Shown piece by piece: positions 59,048 through 64,000 of a stretch of 64,000 nucleotides of DNA; the first letter of the stretch is position 1, and each line of letters starts with the position of its first letter. The notes under the pieces were generated by a model. The model was not told the DNA's origin and ran no database searches. It was given only the letters and a program-made list of their open reading frames with translations. The stretch lies in NCBI GenBank assembly GCA_049324415.1, contig JBMOOS010000015.1, positions 12,491 through 76,490 of the forward strand. The letters are read 5' to 3'. The position numbers and the translations under genes are program-made. The stretch is from Pseudomonadota bacterium. Its GTDB lineage: Bacteria; Pseudomonadota; Alphaproteobacteria; Sphingomonadales; CAKZYD01.

Positions 59048-60751
59048 TCAAGCGGTATAGAGCCATTGACGGATGATGGCGGCGGATTCCTCGGGATGCT
59101 TGGCGACGATCTCGCCCACCTTCTTGACCGCCGAGCCCCTTAGCCGCCCTTCGACCTGGGCGACGTCGATTTCCGTTTCCAGGGCAAGAGGGGTCGAGGA
59201 CCCGCTTTGCTCGCGCCGCACTTCCTTCAAGATTTCGATGGCGTCGTCGTCGCCTTCGATCGCCCGCTGCGCCAATTCCGCGGTGAGTTGCCGCTTGTCG
59301 GGCGGGGCGAGGGCGGGCCGGCGTTCACCGGGGATCTCGGCCATCCCGCCAAGCGATGCGGTGGCTTGCGGAATAGCCTCAAGGACGCGCTTCAAGATCG
59401 GCCGGACAACGAGGAAGAGGACGAGAATGGCAACGACGCCAAGCACGACGATTTCGACGATGCGTTCGATATCCTGGCGCGTGAGGCCCATGAGCGAGGT
59501 CTCCGGCAGCTCTTCCTCCGCCACCGCCGGCTGGGCAAAACGCAGGTTGACCACCTCGACGGTATCGCCGCGCTCCTCGTCAAAGCCGATGGCGTTGCGC
59601 ACCAGGCGTTCAAGCTGCGCCAGTTCGGCTTCGCTGCGCGGGGTATAGGCGACCGTGCCGTCCTCTGCCGTTGCATAAGTGCCATCCACCAGCACGGCGA
59701 CGGTGATGCGCTGGATGCCGCCGCTTTCCTTCACCAAGGTGGTGCGGGTGCGGGAGTTTTCGTAATTGATGGTTTCCTGGGTTTCATCGCTGCTTGACGA
59801 TTGGGCGGGGCCTTCCGGCGGGCGCTGGCCGTCGGGAAGATTGGTGGCGACCGAAACGGTGCCCCCATTGCGTTCCTGGTCGCGCGAGGCGCGCTCGACG
59901 GTGTTTTGCGAGACGACGACCTGGGCGTCCGGGTCGAAGATTTCCGATTCCCGGCGCAACTGCTCGAAGTCCAGGTCGACCGCCACCTGGGCGCGCACAT
60001 GCCCCGCGCCCACGGTCTTGGCAAGCAGGCTTTCGACCTCGTCGCGCAAGCGCGCCTCCATGGCGACTTGCCGTTCATGCAAGGTGCCGACAAGAGCGGT
60101 TTGCGCGCCGTCCTCGCTGCGCGCCAGCAGGGCGCCGTTCTGGTCGATGATGGACACCCGGTTGGGATCGAGCCCCGGCACCGAGGCGGCCACCAGATAG
60201 CGGATGGCCTGGACCTGCTGCTGCGTCAAATTGCCGCCCCGGGTGCGCAGCGCGACCGAGGCCGAGGGCTTGTTCTGGGTGCGGCTGAACAGCTCGCGCT
60301 CGGGCAACACCAGGTGAACGCGCGCGTCGCGCACAGTGTTGATGGTCGATATGGTGCGGGCGAGCTCGCCTTCGATGGCCCGGCGATGGGCGATGTTCTG
60401 CATGAAGCTGGTGCTGCCCAGGGGATCCTGCCGGTCGAGAAGCTCGTAGCCCACCGTGCCGCCGATGCCGTCGCCGGCGAAATCCATCCGCAAGCGCAGC
60501 AGGCGGTCGTTGGGGGCAAGGATGGTCTGGCCGTTGTCCACCAGCCGGTAGGGCACTTGCATCTGCTCGAGGCGCTGGGTGATCTCGCTCGCCTCGGAAA
60601 GCTCGAGGCCAGTGAAGAGGATGCCCATCTGCGGGGCGGCAAGGCGCATCGACAGAAAAAGAAAGAAACCGATGAGGCCGGCGGTCACTGCGCCCATGGC
60701 GAGAATGCGTGCCGGACCCAGTGCGCGAAGAAAATTGGTCAACCCATCCAC
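59048..60751 (-). CDS. fliF: flagellar MS-ring protein FliF
   Basis: 567 aa with an N-terminal TM segment, a YscJ/FliF periplasmic region and a second TM near residue 450. Confidence 0.93.
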   Translation of the reverse strand: MDGLTNFLRALGPARILAMGAVTAGLIGFFLFLSMRLAAPQMGILFTGLELSEASEITQRLEQMQVPYRLVDNGQTILAPNDRLLRLRMDFAGDGIGGTVGYELLDRQDPLGSTSFMQNIAHRRAIEGELARTISTINTVRDARVHLVLPERELFSRTQNKPSASVALRTRGGNLTQQQVQAIRYLVAASVPGLDPNRVSIIDQNGALLARSEDGAQTALVGTLHERQVAMEARLRDEVESLLAKTVGAGHVRAQVAVDLDFEQLRRESEIFDPDAQVVVSQNTVERASRDQERNGGTVSVATNLPDGQRPPEGPAQSSSSDETQETINYENSRTRTTLVKESGGIQRITVAVLVDGTYATAEDGTVAYTPRSEAELAQLERLVRNAIGFDEERGDTVEVVNLRFAQPAVAEEELPETSLMGLTRQDIERIVEIVVLGVVAILVLFLVVRPILKRVLEAIPQATASLGGMAEIPGERRPALAPPDKRQLTAELAQRAIEGDDDAIEILKEVRREQSGSSTPLALETEIDVAQVEGRLRGSAVKKVGEIVAKHPEESAAIIRQWLYTA

Positions 60752-60853
60752 GGCGTGCGACCCTTGATTATAAGCCCCGAGCGCCGAATCGTTCCTGTCC
60801 GGCGTTGTCTAAGAAGGGACTCTATGGCGCGCCTGGTGAAGAAGCGGTTAAGG

Positions 60854-60872
60854 CTAGGCAAGTTTTGCCTAG
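60854..60872. promoter_or_regulatory. perfect palindrome CTAGGCAA-gtt-TTGCCTAG upstream of fliF
   Basis: 8-bp arms with a 3-nt spacer, 103-121 nt upstream of the fliF ATG. Confidence 0.4.
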
Positions 60873-60927
60873 AAAGATAAAAATCGGCGAAATTTGTCGC
60901 TTTTCATGCGCATATCGCATGCGTGCG

Positions 60928-60954
60928 AAAACCCCCAGGGCATGGCGCTGGGGG
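60928..60954 (-). terminator. rho-independent terminator downstream of sciP
   Basis: The minus strand reads CCCCCAG-cgccatgcc-CTGGGGG followed by TTTT. Confidence 0.6.
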
Positions 60955-61042
60955 CTATTGCCTTCGGCTCAGACAAAAAAGCGATGTGCCCGCGCGCCCA
61001 AGCGGCGGGGCTGCGCGTATCACGCGTCGGCCTCGAGTTTTT

Positions 61043-61342
61043 TCATTCGCTCGCCCGATGCCGGTACTGCTGCACCCGCGTCACCCTAAGACCAGGCAAG
61101 CCGTTGCGCTCGATGGCCCGCTGCCAGGAGAGATATTCCTCCATCGATAGGTTGTAGCGCTTGCAGGCGTCTTCCAGGGACAACAGTCCGCCGCGGACGG
61201 CGGCGACCACTTCCGCCTTGCGGCGAATGACCCAACGGCGAGTCTCGGGGGGAGGCAGGTCGTCAAGGGTCAATGGCTCACCAGTGGGCCCTATCACCTG
61301 GTGCGGCATGAAACGTTGGTTTTCTTTCATTGTGCTGCGCAT
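61043..61342 (-). CDS. sciP: SciP-like (DUF1153) small CtrA-inhibitory transcription factor
   Basis: VIGPTGEPLTLDDLPPPETRRWVIRRKAEVVAAVRGGLLSLEDACKRYNLSMEEYLSWQRAI closely matches SciP/DUF1153 as I remember it. Start ambiguous (61342, 61330 or 61309). Confidence 0.8.
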   Translation of the reverse strand: MRSTMKENQRFMPHQVIGPTGEPLTLDDLPPPETRRWVIRRKAEVVAAVRGGLLSLEDACKRYNLSMEEYLSWQRAIERNGLPGLRVTRVQQYRHRASE

Positions 61343-61381
61343 TCCTGAACCATAGTGTGGGCCGACTATAGCCAGCGGCGT

Positions 61382-61396
61382 TTAAAAAAGGTCTAA
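61382..61396. promoter_or_regulatory. near-consensus CtrA box (TTAA-N7-CTAA) upstream of sciP
   Basis: TTAAAAAAGGTCTAA, 40-54 nt upstream of the first possible sciP start. One mismatch to TTAA-N7-TTAA. Confidence 0.25.
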
Positions 61397-61467
61397 GCGG
61401 CTGGGTTAATTGCCAACAAATTTTCGGCTAATGAAATTCAAACGGATATCCCTAATAAGAGGTTGAC

Positions 61468-61535
61468 GGGGCGTGGGGGCGAAAACCCCCCACGCCCCAC
61501 GCTGGCTGAGAGCCTGTCTCGAAACGGGCTCTCAG
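61468..61535 (-). terminator. two tandem strong hairpins downstream of flgE
   Basis: CTGAGAGCC/GGCTCTCAG (61506-61535) and a 12-bp stem GGGGCGTGGGGG/CCCCCACGCCCC (61468-61498). There is no clean T-run, so the terminator call is tentative. Confidence 0.45.
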
Positions 61536-61538
61536 GGC

Positions 61539-62876
61539 TTAGCGTTTAATCTGGTTAAGCTCGTTCAGCATTTCGTCGGCGGTGGTGATGATGCGGGTCG
61601 AGGCGGAAAAGGCCCGTTGCGTGGTGATGAGCTGGGTGAACTCATTGGCCAGATCAACGGTCGAGGCTTCAAGCGTCGATGGCGCGATGGCGCCGCCGCC
61701 GCCGGTGCCCGCTTCGACCAGGCTGAAGGTGCCCGACTGGTCGGAAATGCCGTAGGTGTTGCCCTGGCCGCGTTTCAGGCCATCGGGGTTCTGGAAGGTG
61801 GCGACCGGCAGCTTGTAGACGGCGCGGGTAAGGCCGTTGTCGAAGAGGGCGGTGACGATGCCGTCCTTGGCGACGGAAACGCCGGTGACGTTGCCGAAGA
61901 CCGCGCCGTCGACGGATGAGGAAATAAGGGTCGAGACGCTGTCGAACTGGGTGAGGCCATTCACCTCGCCGTCATTGCCGAGATTGAGGCTGATCTGGCT
62001 GGCCGCGGCGCCATTGGTCCAGGTGATGGGAATGGAGCTCAGGAGGGAAGCCGAGGTGCCGCCCAAATCGAGGCTGCCGTCGGCGTTGAAGGCGATGGTG
62101 CCGGTCGCCACCTGGCCGTTGACGAAGCTGCCGCCGGTGGTGACATCGCTCGCCGGGTCGCCGAAAACTTCCACCTGCCAGGTGTTGGTCCCGCTCTTTA
62201 AAAAGGAAAAGGTGAGGGTGTGGGTGCCGCCCTGGGCGTCGAAGATCTGGATGTTGCGCTCGAAATCGGGGGTGACCGCGCCCGATGCCATGTTGTTGGC
62301 GGAGACCGCTGGGTTGTAGCTGGCGGCGAGCGGGCTGACGCTTTGCGAGGAGCGCAAATTAGCGCGGATGGCGATGTTGGCGGTCGCTTCGGCGGTGCCG
62401 GTAAGGCCGGTGGTGTTGATCGGGGTTAGCGAGCGCAGGTCGCCGTCATTGATGAAGGTGCCGGTGGAGTTCAGCGCCCAGCCCATGAGATAATTGCCCG
62501 CCGCGTTCTGCAGGAAGCCGTCGGCGTCGGGGCGGAAGCTGCCGGCCCTGGTGAAGGCGACTTCGCCCTGGGCGCCGGGCGTGGGCTGATTCTTGACGAC
62601 AAAAAAGCCGGCACCATCGACCGACAGGTCGGTCGCCGAGGTGGTGGCCTGCAACAGCCCCTGGCGACTGATGAGGCTGCGCGGCAGGGCGGTGACGCCG
62701 CCCGGCGAATAGGTGGTGACCGAGGTGGTCTCGGTGACCAGGGTCGAGAACTCGGCGACCGACGACTTATAGCCCACCGTGTTCACATTGGTGATGTTGT
62801 CGGAAATGATGCCAAGGGCGCTGGAATAGGCGCTGAGGCCGGAAACGCCAGAGAACAGGGCTGCGTAAAGGCTCAT
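61539..62876 (-). CDS. flgE: flagellar hook protein FlgE
   Basis: N-terminus MSLYAALFSGVSGL and C-terminus ANEFTQLITTQRAFSASTRIITTADEML. Confidence 0.93.
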   Translation of the reverse strand: MSLYAALFSGVSGLSAYSSALGIISDNITNVNTVGYKSSVAEFSTLVTETTSVTTYSPGGVTALPRSLISRQGLLQATTSATDLSVDGAGFFVVKNQPTPGAQGEVAFTRAGSFRPDADGFLQNAAGNYLMGWALNSTGTFINDGDLRSLTPINTTGLTGTAEATANIAIRANLRSSQSVSPLAASYNPAVSANNMASGAVTPDFERNIQIFDAQGGTHTLTFSFLKSGTNTWQVEVFGDPASDVTTGGSFVNGQVATGTIAFNADGSLDLGGTSASLLSSIPITWTNGAAASQISLNLGNDGEVNGLTQFDSVSTLISSSVDGAVFGNVTGVSVAKDGIVTALFDNGLTRAVYKLPVATFQNPDGLKRGQGNTYGISDQSGTFSLVEAGTGGGGAIAPSTLEASTVDLANEFTQLITTQRAFSASTRIITTADEMLNELNQIKR

Positions 62877-62946
62877 TTTAGCTTCTCCTTTGTCCGCGTG
62901 GGCGCGGGGGGGTTGGTTTTATTCATGGTCAACATGCGGCCTGGTT

Positions 62947-63615
62947 CTAGGGCGCGGGTTCAGGCTGGGTCACGGCGGCGACCTGATCGAGGGTGATGAG
63001 GTTGCCGGCGACCGAAAGGCGGCTGCCGTTGCTGGAACGCTCGATGCCATCGACGATGCCGCGAATATAAATCTGCCGGCCGGCCGCTATGCCGGAGGCG
63101 GTGGTGGCCTCGACCTCGAGGCGGTAAACGCCAGTGGGCACGCTGTTGCCCGAGCTGTCCCGGCCGTCCCAGACGAATGGGTGAAGGCCGGCATTGGGCT
63201 TGCCCTCGGTCTCGAAAACCTTGACCCCCGCCGTGTTGCGCACGATGAGCTTGGACGAGGGCACGGTGGCGCCCAGCTCATAGGCCCAGTTAATGCCATC
63301 GGTGCCGTTGAAAAGCGCGCTTTCGCCATTGGCGAGGACATCCTTGCCGAGATAGCCGACAAGGCCGGCATCGCTTTGCTGGTTGAGAAGGCCAAGCAGC
63401 GATTCGAGGTTCTTGTTGGTCTGGATCGCCTGTTCAACGCCGGTGAACTGGACCAGCTGGGTGGTGAACTCGTTCGATTTCAAGGGCTCAAGCGGGTCCT
63501 GCTGGCGGAGCTGGGTGGTAAGCAGGGTGAGAAAAGTATCGAAATCCTGCGCCAGCTTGGCGCCCGCCCGGTTGGCAAGGCCTTGGCTTGCCTGGGTTGC
63601 GCTTGTCACGTCCAT
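62947..63615 (-). CDS. flgD: flagellar hook capping protein FlgD
   Basis: FLTLLTTQLRQQDPLEPL N-domain. Immediately upstream of flgE. Confidence 0.9.
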   Translation of the reverse strand: MDVTSATQASQGLANRAGAKLAQDFDTFLTLLTTQLRQQDPLEPLKSNEFTTQLVQFTGVEQAIQTNKNLESLLGLLNQQSDAGLVGYLGKDVLANGESALFNGTDGINWAYELGATVPSSKLIVRNTAGVKVFETEGKPNAGLHPFVWDGRDSSGNSVPTGVYRLEVEATTASGIAAGRQIYIRGIVDGIERSSNGSRLSVAGNLITLDQVAAVTQPEPAP

Positions 63616-63644
63616 GATGGTCTTTTCCTTCGCTAAACGTAGGC

Positions 63645-64000
63645 TTAAATCGTCATGTCGAGCGGCCGCACCGTGGCGGCGGCGATCCGCTTGAGGGGAA
63701 GGGGCGGAAGCGGCGGCCCCTCGCCCTCGCCCTCGGCCAGTTCCCCTTCGCTGGCGAGCGAACCGCCGGCGCCCCCGCCGCCGCCAGTCAAGCGGCCATC
63801 GCCTTGTCCTTTAAGGGAGAACTGCAATTGCCCGCTGTCCGCCTTGAGGCCGGCGGTTTCCAAGGCCCGCTCAAGGCCGCGGACGTCGCGCTGCAGAAGG
63901 TCGAGGGTGCGCTCGCTGTCCAGTACCATATGCGCCTGGACCTTCTTGTCCTCGCCAAGGGTAAGGCGGATATCGATGCGCCCCAGCTCCGGCGGGTCGA
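63645..64000 (-). CDS. fliK: flagellar hook-length control protein FliK, C-terminal part (runs off the window)
   Basis: The frame is open to the window edge. DPPELGRIDIRLTLGEDKKVQAHMVLDSERTLDLLQRDVRGLERALETAGL fits the Flg_hook domain. Upstream of flgD. Confidence 0.7.
   Translation of the reverse strand, partial: DPPELGRIDIRLTLGEDKKVQAHMVLDSERTLDLLQRDVRGLERALETAGLKADSGQLQFSLKGQGDGRLTGGGGGAGGSLASEGELAEGEGEGPPLPPLPLKRIAAATVRPLDMTI

Noticed and set aside
57842-60880. 433-aa and 359-aa plus-strand ORFs
   Set aside because: They are antisense to fliG and fliF.
60709-61157. 126-, 87- and 75-aa plus-strand ORFs in the fliF-sciP spacer
   Set aside because: They are Arg-rich, overlap one another in different frames and run into sciP antisense. 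No RBS or motif is visible.
62877-62946. Possible sigma-54 promoter (GGCCGCATGTTGAC on the minus strand) between flgD and flgE
   Set aside because: The GG-to-TTG spacing is one nt short of the TGGCAC-N5-TTGC consensus, and the -12 element reads TTGA rather than TTGC. The fliK-flgD-flgE genes look co-transcribed anyway.
1-64000. Searched by eye for CRISPR arrays, tRNA, rRNA or tmRNA genes, IS/transposase or integrase genes, prophage or toxin-antitoxin modules, and known defence genes
   Set aside because: None was found. All intergenic gaps are about 320 nt or less, and none shows tRNA-like T-arm sequence, spacer-repeat periodicity or recombinase motifs. A proper tRNAscan, Infernal or defence-finder run could still reveal small RNAs that I cannot see.

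Overview
This is a high-GC alphaproteobacterial chromosome segment. Gene order and protein families look Rhodospirillales-like, but that is inference only. I support about 63 tightly packed protein genes. I recognised no rRNA, tRNA, CRISPR, IS/transposase, phage or defence genes. Positions 1-39.5 kb are housekeeping: queD, prs, pgeF, lgt, an mlaEF-like ABC pair, alr, dnaB, rplI-rpsR-rpsF, fabD-fabG-acpP-fabF-mltG, yicC, gmk, lptD-surA-pdxA-rsmA, pepA-holC, ispB, glyQS-ppdK and pyrC. Positions 39.5-64 kb are a motility and cell-cycle island. It holds chpT, cheA(REC)-W-Y-B-R, ctrA and fliIJ. It also holds a 12-kb minus-strand flagellar superoperon (fliF-G-H-N-motA-flbD-flhA-flhF-flhG plus a 668-aa unknown), then sciP and fliK-flgD-flgE. 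I did not find a recognisable multi-gene novel system. Routine annotation would likely miss four things. (1) A 121-nt bipartite double-hairpin intergenic element bounded by CTAGTGGT/ACCACTAG, present in four same-orientation copies; one extended copy supplies the stop codons of both flanking convergent genes. (2) A roughly 290-bp in-frame patch of about 32% G+C inside the otherwise about 70% G+C glyS gene. (3) A Pro/Ala-rich 668-aa ORF translationally coupled to flhG, with a FliK-C-terminal-like tail. (4) A 32-aa membrane-peptide ORF with a strong RBS, plus several palindromes and near-consensus CtrA boxes in the motility island. All family calls rest on motifs read by eye from the translations; no database search was possible. 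Many long ORFs in the six-frame track are antisense or out-of-frame artefacts typical of high-GC DNA.
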